Shown: positions 41,398 through 53,400 of the stretch, piece by piece | How the letters are laid out: the number at the start of each line of letters is the position of its first letter | Position numbering within the stretch: position 1 is the first letter of the stretch | Source: Balanoglossus misakiensis | Taxonomy: Eukaryota; Animalia; Hemichordata | DNA length: 64,000 nucleotides | NCBI GenBank assembly: GCA_040954595.2 | Contig: CM082580.2 | Coordinates: 12,290,909 to 12,354,908, forward strand | Reading direction: 5' to 3' | Made by a program: the position numbers and the translations under genes | Notes under the pieces: generated by a model | What the model was told of the DNA's origin: nothing | Databases searched by the model: none | The model's input: the letters and a program-made list of their open reading frames with translations, nothing else

Positions 41398-42927
41398 ATG
41401 TCGCTTACAAACTTTACCACAGACGGCATGGAGTCACTTCGGCAAGGAAGCAACTTCTCGCCAACCGCCGGTAGTTACATCGACGTGGACACCTCTACTA
41501 CCAGTGACGGAGCCTTGACGTCGTGGACATCGTTAAACGCGTCCGCGAATGAGTCTGACGGGTCGTTTGATTTGTCTGTCGACCTGACGATGGCGTACAA
41601 CATATTGCTGGAACACCAGTTTCTGCAGGAGATCGAGGCAGCCAGGCGACGACACGGACAACCCTCCGTCATCGTGCTGATCGTTCTCTACGCGATATCC
41701 TTCGTCGTTGGCCTCGTCGGCAACACTTTCGTTCTCTACGCCGTCGCCAAGTTCCGCCACATGCGCACCGTCACCAACGCCTTCCTGGCCAACCTCGCCG
41801 TCAGCGATCTGCTTGTCGTGCTCGTCTGCATGCCCATCTCCCTCGGGATGGAGATCTACGTCCACTGGATATACGGCCCTTTCATGTGCCGCCTGGTTCC
41901 CTTCATACAGGGAGTATCTGTGACCAGCAGCATGCTCACGCTGACGGCTGTCAGTCTGAACCGGTACTATGCCATCAGAAAGCCGCTGAAGGCCCGCTCG
42001 ATGTTCACGGCGAAGTCGGTCTCCGCCTTCATCACCGGCATCTGGGTCATCTCCATCGCCACCGTCTCTCCCATTCTGTACGTGAACGACATAGAAGCCT
42101 ACAAAATCGAAGGCGTCACGTTCGACACCCTCTGCAGAGAACTGCACTGGCCGAGCAAGGAGATCCAACAGATGTACGGCGTTGTCGTGTTCCTCCTGAC
42201 CTATTTTGTGCCCCTCTTGTTCACCCTGGCGGTCTACCTGCTCATCTGCCAGAGGCTGTGGAACCACGACAAGAAGTTGCGGAACGAACCAGTCCACGCT
42301 TCGAACCAGCAAACCACGGTGATCGAGAACCAGCTCAAGGGCCGCAGAAAGGTCGTCAAAATGCTGTTTATCTTAGTATCGCTGTTCGCCGTCTCCTGGC
42401 TGCCGTACTTCACCACGCAGATTTACTTGGATTTCGTGTTCGACAGCCACGCTTTGGAAATACACGCGTTTTTCCTCTGGCTGGGGCTGTCCAACTCTTC
42501 GGTCAATCCCATCTGCTACTGCTTCATGAGCGAACGGTTCAAGAACTGCTTCCGGACGATATGCTGTTGTTGGAGCAGGTTCAGGACTCCGCGCAAGTGC
42601 TCCCACCGGAGGGGAAGGTACACCGCCTTCTCCAGAAGCAGGTCGCCCTCGTTCTTTCGCAGCACCAGGACTGAAAGCGTCCGCTTCTCGGCGGTGCACA
42701 CGACTCTGCAGTACAGCATGACCGACAGGCTGGCGGTGCCGGCATCTCGATTCACGCGAACCAGGGTCGACGAGTCGTCAGACGATGACCACAGTGGGGA
42801 AGCTGCCCAGGGAACTAACACGGCTGATCCCGTTCCTCCTGAGGCCAAGTGCCACACTTTCCTGATTGAGGAAGACCCACCCCTCCAGACAAACCGCAAT
42901 AACAACTTATCGAATAGTGGTTTCTAG
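41398..42927 (+). CDS. Class A neuropeptide GPCR of the orexin/allatotropin-QRFP-NPFF receptor neighbourhood, 509 aa, single coding exon
   Basis: Seven TM helices; GNTFV, HMRTVTNAFLANLAVSD, CRLVPFIQGVSV, LNRYYAI..PL, RRKVVKML, SWLP and NSSVNPICY motifs. Glycosylated N-terminus, CCC palmitoylation cluster, Ser/Thr-rich tail, high GC3. Confidence 0.92.
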   Translation: MSLTNFTTDGMESLRQGSNFSPTAGSYIDVDTSTTSDGALTSWTSLNASANESDGSFDLSVDLTMAYNILLEHQFLQEIEAARRRHGQPSVIVLIVLYAISFVVGLVGNTFVLYAVAKFRHMRTVTNAFLANLAVSDLLVVLVCMPISLGMEIYVHWIYGPFMCRLVPFIQGVSVTSSMLTLTAVSLNRYYAIRKPLKARSMFTAKSVSAFITGIWVISIATVSPILYVNDIEAYKIEGVTFDTLCRELHWPSKEIQQMYGVVVFLLTYFVPLLFTLAVYLLICQRLWNHDKKLRNEPVHASNQQTTVIENQLKGRRKVVKMLFILVSLFAVSWLPYFTTQIYLDFVFDSHALEIHAFFLWLGLSNSSVNPICYCFMSERFKNCFRTICCCWSRFRTPRKCSHRRGRYTAFSRSRSPSFFRSTRTESVRFSAVHTTLQYSMTDRLAVPASRFTRTRVDESSDDDHSGEAAQGTNTADPVPPEAKCHTFLIEEDPPLQTNRNNNLSNSGF

Positions 42928-45900
42928 AAGTCCGGAAATTCAATAATCTGGAGCTTGGAAACCGTATGGATGGTCCATCAGGCTCACAGGATTATTGGCT
43001 GACGGGATCTCCTCTCCGTCGCGGACACTTGACTCAATTGAGGCTAAGACTGAAGTTGCCAGAGAAATAGTCTGATGGCAAAGCAGTATGTATTGGAAAT
43101 ACGACTGCACGCCAACGAAATTGGATCGCTGCCTGGACATGTATATCTAACACCAACCTTCCATTATCGACGAACACTGCTTTGTAATATCACATGCATT
43201 GAATAATCTTATTTGGTCACAGAAATAACAAAAAATTGAGTATTAAACACCTTTCCCCAGAATTTTCACGAAATACCAATTGTGATGTATGAAACTGCCG
43301 CTATTCCTGACATTCAAGTCCATACAGATACATGTAGGTCCATAGGAAAGGTCATTTTACTGTTGTTGTTTTTTCATCATGACACATATCACTTACCCCA
43401 CCGGCAATTGTAATATTATATTTAAAATGAAGAAGTGAAAATATTTTGAACACCTATACTTTGTTAATTGAAAAGACTGGTTTGTTGATTGTACACAACC
43501 CATGGTTGTGGGTATAAATCTGACTCAACAGAGTCCGTTCAAGGCCCTGATTTCCACATTTAGAGAACGACATTGACGACATTAAGCGTGTTTCTCGGTT
43601 TGTTTTCTCTGTAAAAATGGGTCGGGTTGACCCCAACTGAGCGCAGTCCTAATTCGACAATATACTTGAGTCTGCGCAGACAAGTGAGAGCGACAAGCGC
43701 AGTTAGAACGCTGGGGGAAATGTGTCATAGCGATTATTTGATGCAGCAATATATGTTACTTTATCGTTTTAAATGGAATAAATACCCTATAATATCTCAG
43801 TTGTATTTAAACGCGTTCAATGTACGACAGAACTCCACTTGAATGCACGCAAAAAAAGAAACCCATTGTATAATTGATATGATTTAGGCTGATGTATGAT
43901 TTAGGCTTTTAGGCTGTCTTGCCAAAGCATTCCGAAACAGTGACGCAGATGGCAAAATAAAATCTAACATCAGACAAAGACGAATTAGAGAGGCTTCTAA
44001 ACCAACAATTGCGTTCCTTCGCATTTTATAGGTGTTCGGAAGCGAAGAAGATGTTTCGTTCAGATAAATGTCAAGAGCCCCTAAGCTTTCTTTACCTGGC
44101 ATGTCCAAGCCTGCTTAGGTCCATTCAGAAATACTTTTAACATCTTGATTGATATTGATTGTTCCCGACCTACTCAAATAAAAAGTCGAGTACCCGCCCA
44201 TGCAACCCTGGAACACAGTAGACTGGACTCGGTTAATTACATTTCACTGCAGGGGGAGAACACTCCTTTGCATTCTTCCGCTCACGTACGACATCGAATT
44301 TTATACTCCATGCCAATTTTCCTCAACTTTCTGTTCAGAACGATATTTCATTTACGCGCACGTCATGGAAAACTCTGTTTTTTTCAGTAAATTTTCGCGA
44401 TCTTTATGGCAGACTATCGGCTGTAAAAAACACAAAGTGAAAACTGCATAGCCGTCGGCCACTCTGAAACATGACGCAAAACAACATGTCGTCGTGACGT
44501 GTAGGCCTAAGCCGTCGCGTTAATCATAGCGCCGAGATTGAAAGCAAATGGCTCGTGGATATTGTCTTCGAACGGGTTATGTTACGAAGCGAGCCTCCAA
44601 CGCCAAGGAACTTGCTGGATTCATTTGATATCTGCTTCAATTGTGCGTGTTTTTAAAACATTTATACCTTACCACCAACATTGCACGGAAAAACACCGAC
44701 GATTATTTTCAATGAAAAGCAAAAGCGTACAATAAACATTTCATGCTGCATGTCTACACACAACAGACGAATTATGACTGATAAATTTGAAGGTAAATGG
44801 AGTCGCTTTAAGTGAGAAGGGATCTCCGTGAGGGTGTATAATGATATGATTTCAGGTGTTGTTTGGAAAGAGGATATCTCTTTCCTTTCCTCACATCACG
44901 CGTCATCGCGGAAACACGACGCCATTTGCATATTTCATGTGTCTCTCTGGAACATGAAAAGGGTCGGTTTTCGAAACTAGCTATTAACGTCGAGTGAAAA
45001 GAGTCGGAAATTCAACGAAAGCAGAAAATAAGCAAGAGTACCGCCACGACAGGTAACACCATTACACAAAAAAATCACGAAGCTTGAAAGTTGCCATGCC
45101 AACGAATCGACGACAGCGAATCTCGATGGGTTTGTACTATGATATGAAGTGCCACAAGATGTCCGTACGCAATATACTCTTATCTTTTTTTTTTATATTA
45201 AAACGATTAAAAGTCGAAAAACTCACGTTTGTATTTTTCCTAATCGTGTTTGGTTTTTCACTTCTGCAAAATAGCACATATACATGTGTCTGCTACAGTG
45301 AACACGAGGAAATATTTCTCAGCTAGACGCGCGCGTGGCGACGAATTGGATGACGTTCATACACATAGAAGCGAGGAGCGAGGTTAACACACCGTGCAGC
45401 CATATAATTGAATATATCAAGCATCACTAATATGGCTCTAGTGAAATTAACTTTTCTATTCGGTTTCTGGCATTTGAATAATCGTGCATGATTATTTTTA
45501 TGTCACGACAAGAAACCTCACTTTTCCACTCAGTGGGTGCCTTCGGTAAACCACCAGTTGAAGCGTTCGATTGGCCCTCGCTGTTTCCGCTGTTATATGA
45601 CGTGAACATCAAAACAAGTTACAGAATTATAGTAGAGCTTGAAACTTTTCCGCCTTCAACATTTGAACAAGATTCAACCAACCTGAAATACTAGTAGTTC
45701 CAATCGCGTCATGTTGGTGCGGATGGATATATCAACATAGATTTGAAATTTAGTACAGTTGTAGCTATAGGGCGTATTTGTTTCTGAGTGAAGAGGAACA
45801 CTTTAAATACATTATCATGATTGCATAACTGTTTTACAGAAGCCGAGGTATTTTTCTAATTGCTGTAAGTGTTAATCCTTAACGGGCAATTCCAACAATC

Positions 45901-48900
45901 GCCACGGTTCGACTTTCCCCGCAAGTTCTAATGCCTATTCGTTGTCGTGACACACCAAGGATTATTGTATTTAGGTAATCAATTATTGCAAATAATTACT
46001 ATATTTCAATGTACAAATACAATGAAAGCAAACATTTAATACATTATCAGGACGGTTCTAAAAGATCAAACGTCCATTTTCACATTGTCCTTATTTTTGA
46101 AGGCGGTGTCGTTTGCAACACTGCTAATTTCCTTTTTCGGAAAAAAAATCTGTCATCGGCCAACACGAAATATGTCCATTATCTAAACATTTCCAGTATA
46201 TCTTATTCCTTTCAAATTTTCTAATGTTGGTGGATACGCTAATTGATTTAAAACAACAATCACACCTTGGTGTGGATTATTTCCGAAGGGCGTGTTACTG
46301 AAAACACGTTTTTAAAGCTCGTACTCATATTTCTCTATCTTATCATTGGTGGGTCAGCACAATTAAAGAAAACCCTGTGGCTTCAATGCAAGTGTGTATC
46401 ACCGATGTATTTGTTTATTAACCGAGGATTATTATGACTTATCTCCACGTATTCGTAAGATAAGCGTGAAAAAACTGTTTGCAACTGCCCTATCGATTAA
46501 CTTCCACGGGGCAATGGAGATCTTGAGAACACGACGCGTGAGGAACATGCATGAACGATTAATATATTCGTATCGATCGCGTCTGCTTCATGAGAATTCA
46601 GCAGAATACTATCCCTCCCAATCCCTCCCTCCCTAGGTTTTCGGATCTGTTCGGGAATTTAGGAACGCAGTAATTGATAGGCCTGAGCACAACTTTGTTC
46701 AGCATCCTGTCCGGGTCTTGTATAAAGCGAGGAAGTGCTTGACCCGACATTCTTTTACAGAGACATGCCTCGGTTGTCTGGGTTACAGTCCTTTAAAATC
46801 TATAAAATTCATTAAGTCTTATTCATCCAACATTCAGACGCAGATTCAAGACACGAGGAAATCCTTGTGGTACACATCATTTGTTGAATAGTGGACTTGG
46901 GATTGTAGGCAATCTTCATCGGTTTTACGTATTCAACTATTGTTCGTGAAAATTTTATCGGTCGAGTCCGTGGTAAACAGAAATGGTCTATTTATCTCTT
47001 TATCTCTTCAGAGTATCCACAAGTTTGGTGACTATTCATAAGTTTAATCGGACACGTAGGAAAACACCATCTCACCAAATTCACTTTTTTGGGAGATAAG
47101 GTACAACATGAATTCGCGGTAATCAAAAAGCTTTCTTCTGGTCTTTCCGGCGGTAGTTATCTCACGCCCAGTCTCCATTTAGAAAATCTAGTAGCAAATT
47201 ACAGCCTGCCGAAGGGACAAGGACAGATTTGCTAATTATTTGATTATCTCAATGCGGGCTGTCGCCTTGGCGACCCGTGCAACAATCGAGACTGACAGAG
47301 TGCCACCACAGGGAAGTGTTTTCACGGTAATTGACATTTGAGTTACTTTGTTGAATAATTGGTTGTAATTAGCCGAAGGCTCGCACGTGGGTAGCAATTG
47401 ATTTCACAAATGGAAACTAATGGCGAGGACATTAACCGGACAAACGCCGAACTAGTTTGCCTCTCTCTCTGTTTTGGCGTGATTTCGAAAAATCTGGTGT
47501 TGTCGACCTCGCAGGTGGAGAAGGACTCTTATCATCCACATTATATCTTAATTCACACCAGCGACGTTATCTACTAGAACGTTTGTCAGGGAAATTCCGA
47601 GCAATTACACAGGTCCTTTGCGGCCATCAGGCGTTACATTTTGCTACTTAAAGCGCACCACGTTTTTAATCTGCACAATACACACGCGATCACAATCCGC
47701 CCGTTACTGCGTCCATCTGCAATGGCCATGACAAAAAGAATCTAAATGATCTCAATAGTTGAGCTGGCTGACAAGACATCTTACTAACGACCGCATTCGA
47801 TAGAGAGAGGGAAAAGAGAGGGCTAGGCAACTAGAGAAAGAGAGGCGCACACAGAATGCGTTCTTGATCTCAGTTGCTAAAGTGACATACAATTCGTTTC
47901 CACAAATAGTACCACATTTATAGATGGTACAACCATCCACCCACTGCAGAAACCTTTGGGGAGTGAACATCGTATGTTATGCCTTTATCTTGAATTCTAC
48001 ACGATGACAGCAAACGCTTATATTGTCGGAATGTTGTCCATTAATTATTTACAACACAAAGTCGGTACAATTTATTTTATATGCCAATGCATTGTAAAGA
48101 TGTCAACTTCACACGCACTATACATGGTTGCGCCCCTCTATAGTCTCATTAAATATATTGTCCATATACATGGAACCGTGAATCTTTTGTATTCGAGTTG
48201 ATATTTATATCACTTGCTTTGTGTGCTTCAAGACAGTGGGGGTATATTATTACTCGGAATCCGAAATATGACGCAAGTTATTTTGAAGTTAGATTCAGTG
48301 CAATCTGATTATGGATGAGCTCGTTAATCTTTGATGAATTGTCCTCTTTTCCCCACACAACACCGCGGGGGGGGGGGGGGGGTGCTCGATTGATGGTTGG
48401 AAAAAACTCCGTGACTAGTCAATCGATGGTTTGACGTCAAACAGAGAACCCTTCACTATCAATGCGTACACACTGATATAAATACATGTCATTTGCATAT
48501 CAAAAAGAAAATTATGTTTTAATAATATTTCTTTGTCTCCCATGTGAAGATGCTACTACAATGCAACGTCATTCATATCACATCAAATCAAAAGCGGCCA
48601 GCTAATTGGAAACCATTGCCGATAGAGCTAACAAGAAGATACGAAGATCAATTGTGACGTTTAACGTCTATTTTCAGCACACTTATCTTCACCATTTTGA
48701 AAAGTTCAAAACGTGCTAAGGTTAAAGTCTGCACGTACTATACCATTATTTTGATTGAGAGAAACGCCATGATATTTTCACAGCGTTCATATTTCCTGCC
48801 TAACATTTGATTACTCAAACTGGTCACATTACTCCCTGTACCGTTTGACAGATTTCTCACTGTGCAAACATATTTTGTCATTATTGAAGCGACACCACGA

Positions 48901-49705
48901 CAAACACGTAGGTGCAAAATTAAACTTATCACATACCATCGTGTTATACAAATCGTCACCATTGAACAAAGGAGTTGACAATTGGTTTCACAGGGCACGT
49001 TTTCACAAACATGTGTACACCTTCCTCTCGCATTATAAAAAAAGAATTGCTAGTATTTGAAAATATGGATCCAATTATAACTTCGATATAGACCGCGTCA
49101 ACTTTCACAATGCAGTTATGTTGTTATTTGATCACCCGATTGTTGCAATCGTATTAAAACCTTATGAACTTAAAATTGGCAAATTCACGCCATATTCCTC
49201 GAGAAACATCTAACTATAAATCCCAACGTATTTACTGCACAGGGTTCAAATATCCTGTATATTCACCTCTAGTCACTTTAAGCTTGAGCGTGTAAGATTC
49301 AGGAAATTGATTACACAGAACATGGCCAATACAATCTGAGAGTACGGGGTGAACGATATACTAGTATTGTAATCGTTGCCATCCAACTTAACGCCGCAAA
49401 CAAGAACAAATAGACTGGCGTACCTACCTCCCGGATAAAATAATCTTGTTCCCTGTACTGTACACAGCGATGGGGGAAAGTCGACAGATCACAGAAAGTA
49501 TCGGCATCATTTGAAATCCAGCGTGTCGCACGTGTAAAATACTGCATAATAAAAATCAATATTAATTTTTAGATAATTTATGATGCCATTTTTACTGTGC
49601 AGTAATTATGTTCTTCGATTAGCCAATTTGTTCGCCAAGTTTGTAATTAAAGGTGATTATTGAAATTAATTAATTGCCCTGTCGCAATAGATTGAAGGCG
49701 GTCAC

Positions 49706-49760
49706 TGTTGTGTAGTGTTGTGTTATGCTGTGCTGTTGTGCTGAGTTGTTGTGTTGTGCA
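49706..49760. repeat. Degenerate (TGTTG/TGTGC)n pentanucleotide repeat
   Basis: tgttgtgtagtgttgtgttatgctgtgctgttgtgctgagttgttgtgttgtgca. Confidence 0.7.
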
Positions 49761-50472
49761 GTTTGCCTCGGACCGATGTCTATTCTCCTCACTGATGACG
49801 TCATAGGAAAGGCGAGTACTTGGGAGATAGTGATAGACGCAGATCGAACTTTGCCGCGAAAGCATCGGCGTGGATCTCATGATCACTCCCTGAGAAATTA
49901 TCAGTCAGTCAGCCAGTCAGTCAGACAGACAAGCATATATACAGATACATTCAAAGGGTACATAGGCCACAAACATAAGATCTTCAACATACTTGTATGA
50001 TAACTTTTGCAATTCTGCGAGTCGGATTTCAATTTATTAGTAATAACCTATTGATTATCTCCCTTGAGTGTGTTTCGGCAAGTCCACATTTCTCAATATC
50101 AGCAACCACGGTGAAAATTAAACATTAGTAATTTATATCTTTATTGTCAATTTAGACAATGAAGTCGGCATCTTAAGTTCTTTTAATTCGCACAGTCTCT
50201 GACGAGCAGGCGACGTCCCTAGTGTCGTCCATCGCCGATAATTGCCTATGCAACAGAACGACTTTAAGTGGAGTGCCCACGGCTATGTAGTGATTAAGGT
50301 TCCGTGACCAACAGTCTCGTTCAGAAACTGGTTTTAATGAGTGCAAGGTAAAAAGCTCCAATTCAAGGATATTTCCAGCAAGTAGCATGCCGAAATAACA
50401 ATATATCACAATAAAGCATAAACTACATGTATGACTCATAAATAGGCAAATATTATCGCTCAAATTTAAACT

Positions 50473-53400
50473 TCATGGATTCCACTTGTATACAGCGCCA
50501 AACCGCATAGGGTCGGGGATGAGGATATAGTAATTGCCTTCGATGGTGAAGCCTGCGCAGTCGCTTGGACCCCGGGTGGAGAATTTCTGATAGGTGTGGA
50601 ACGAGGAATAGTGGAATTTATACAAGATGGATGGTTGAAAGCGACTGTTGCTGCCCTGGCCGGCGGTTATCAACAGATACAGTTCACCATCGATCACAAC
50701 TGGACAAGCCATCGTGGGCGCGTACGTCGGAATAACTTGGTGCAGCTCGAAACGGTCGTCCGACCACATGTAGAGGGCAGACCGCGTTTGCTCGTCGGTG
50801 TCCGGAAGTGAGTGGTGCACTGCGTCAAACAGATAGAGGGCGCCATCTGGCGACCAAAATGGCACAGCTGCTGCGGAACCACCGTTTGATGGCAGAGTCT
50901 GGTGAATTTCAAAGCTTGACTGGGTGTTGTTGAAGATGTGTACAGTCGTGGGAGATTCGTGTGTATCGCTGAGTTCCGCGAACACTAAGTACGTGGTACC
51001 GTCAACCGAAAACGACGACCCACGTGTGACCCGATCGAGAGGAATTTCCTGTACTTTCTGAAACTGATCGATTCGCCATTCAAAAATTTCTACCACGCCG
51101 TCCCCGGCTGGAGGACGGGAAGACATGGCAAGAAAATAACGAGCGCCTACCTCACTGCTTTCTACCTGGAACGACAGTGCGTCCCAGTGGTGATAAGCGC
51201 TGCCTTGTAGGTCTTGGAAGAACTGGAAGTGTTGCCCGTCCCACCGATACACGACTGAATTCGCGCCTTGAGAGTTTACCGCCAAAGCAAGATAATGAGA
51301 GCCGTCTTTCTGAAAATGCTCAACATCGTACACCGCAGCCACGTCAAGCGTTTGATATTCAGAGAACGAACCGGTCACGTGTTTATGCAAATGAACTTTT
51401 CCAGTCGCGTGATTGGGTATCGCCAGGTGTGCAGTTCCTTCAACCTCGAACGCCTCGACCTGTTGAGAGTTGCCCGTCTGGATAACTTGGTTTCGGCCGA
51501 ATGTCCCAGTCACAAACTGTTGAGGGCGTTCGGTATCCTGACAGTCCACAGAACCTGGGGGTTAAAAGTAACATAAACAACAGCCAATAATATGAAAGCA
51601 ATTACTGATGTAGGACATCTGGGAAACAGGAACAAGGATATCCAAATCACGTGTCCGCCAAAATCTAAAGTTACCTGTAATTCCTTCATCGGCTCCATTG
51701 CGACAGTCCACCCTTTCATCACAAACAAGGGTTGTTGACACACACTCGCCAACTTGACATAAGAATTCATCTGTGCCACTGCAGTTACTGACAACGCCAC
51801 CTACGACAAAAGTAGTAATATTTATCAATGTTCGAGATATTAAACAAGGTTTTACGTTATAAATCTATATTTGATACTGTCATCTTGCGCATGGTGCATA
51901 TTTGTCTCGAAGATATTATTTCCATGAGACTACACATATACTGCATACATCTTAAATAATATATAATTTTTTTCATTATAAACTTGACATTGTACATTCC
52001 CGTAACTGAGCAGGCACGTGATCTACGTGGAAAAAAGTGACTTAGCCCATTGGCAAACGACGGGTTTTAAGTTAAATATTAGTATTTAGTGACGATACGG
52101 GAAAACATGTACCTATTTGACACACTGCTTCGTCGGTCAAATCGTGACAGTGGTAGACACCGTCGCAAGTATCCTCTATGTCGATGCATTTTTCAAGGCA
52201 ACAGAAGCAGTCGATTTCATCAGAGCCGTCTGAACAGTTTCTGAAGCCATCACACTTGGTTTCCCCGGGGAGACATTCTCCACTTTCACACACGAAGTAC
52301 GGGTTACCAACACACTCGGCTGGAACTGTGGGCAAACGACAGATAAACGGTACTTAAAGCGCGGAACTATATGTTAAAATGTAATAACAGAATACAAGAA
52401 TGAAGTGCCACACGAACTACATAAATGTCGCGCAAGATTACCATTTTGTTAGACCAGTGTATCATAATTTCTTTTTGTGGTTTTGTGGTTTACCTTGATC
52501 TGGTTTGTACTGACAGATTGCTGGAAGTTTCGTTCCGCAATGTACGTCGTCCCATTGGTAACCAGAATAGGGTCTGGAATGAGAGAAAGGGAGTGTGTAC
52601 GGGGGAGTGGAAATTTTCAGTTATCCCTTAAGTACCATCATTTTCCATGTGACATAGGTGCTACAAATTCATGGCACTGTGACACCCAGAATGAGAAACT
52701 GAATACTTGAAATAGTCCCGGTGTCAAAGACATGTCACAAAGTATAACTCACGATATCACTCCGCAATTCTGCCGATGTGGTTTTCCGTCATTGAGGTCA
52801 TTCCAGTTCGAGTAACACATCTGTCCATCGTCGCTGTGTCTCCACGTCCCTTCCGTCCGGATATCGCGAGCGTCTATCCAATAATCGTACACGTCGAGCT
52901 GGTTATCACGCAGCGTATCCCGGATGTTGTCTTGCATGCTTTCGGAAGTGATCTGAACCAGTTTACCGCCATCGCGCTGGCATGACCACTTTGCTCTGTT
53001 CCACTTCTCGTGCTTGGTGAAAACTTTGAAAATGTTGCAAGGGGTCTGGTACGGGCCATATCTAGCATCTGTTGGTAAAATCCTTTCTCGATTAAGTTAC
53101 ACAATGATATGACTGCTGAACTGGCAGCACGTCAATGAGTATAAGCACGTATGGGCTTACAATAAACGAAGTATGGTAATTTGTAAAGTCAATAACTTGA
53201 TCGGTTTGGTGCAATAACAGACATCCTTTCTTCTCCTTAAATACTAAACCACTATAGGTTTTTAAAATTTACATACCGGGTTTTGGTAAGGGATAGGAAG
53301 GATCGTTATCGCCGCTGCCACATTCAAGTTCATCTGACCTGTCTAGACAATCTGTGACGCCATCACATAGAGTTTCTCTGGGGATGCACCGGCGCCCATC

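Noticed and set aside
41533-42905. Long antisense and alternate-frame ORFs (259, 262, 129 aa) over the plus-strand GPCR
   Set aside because: Shadows of a high-GC3 coding sequence with no recognisable motifs; the same applies to ORFs overlapping the KISS1R-like and EAR exons.
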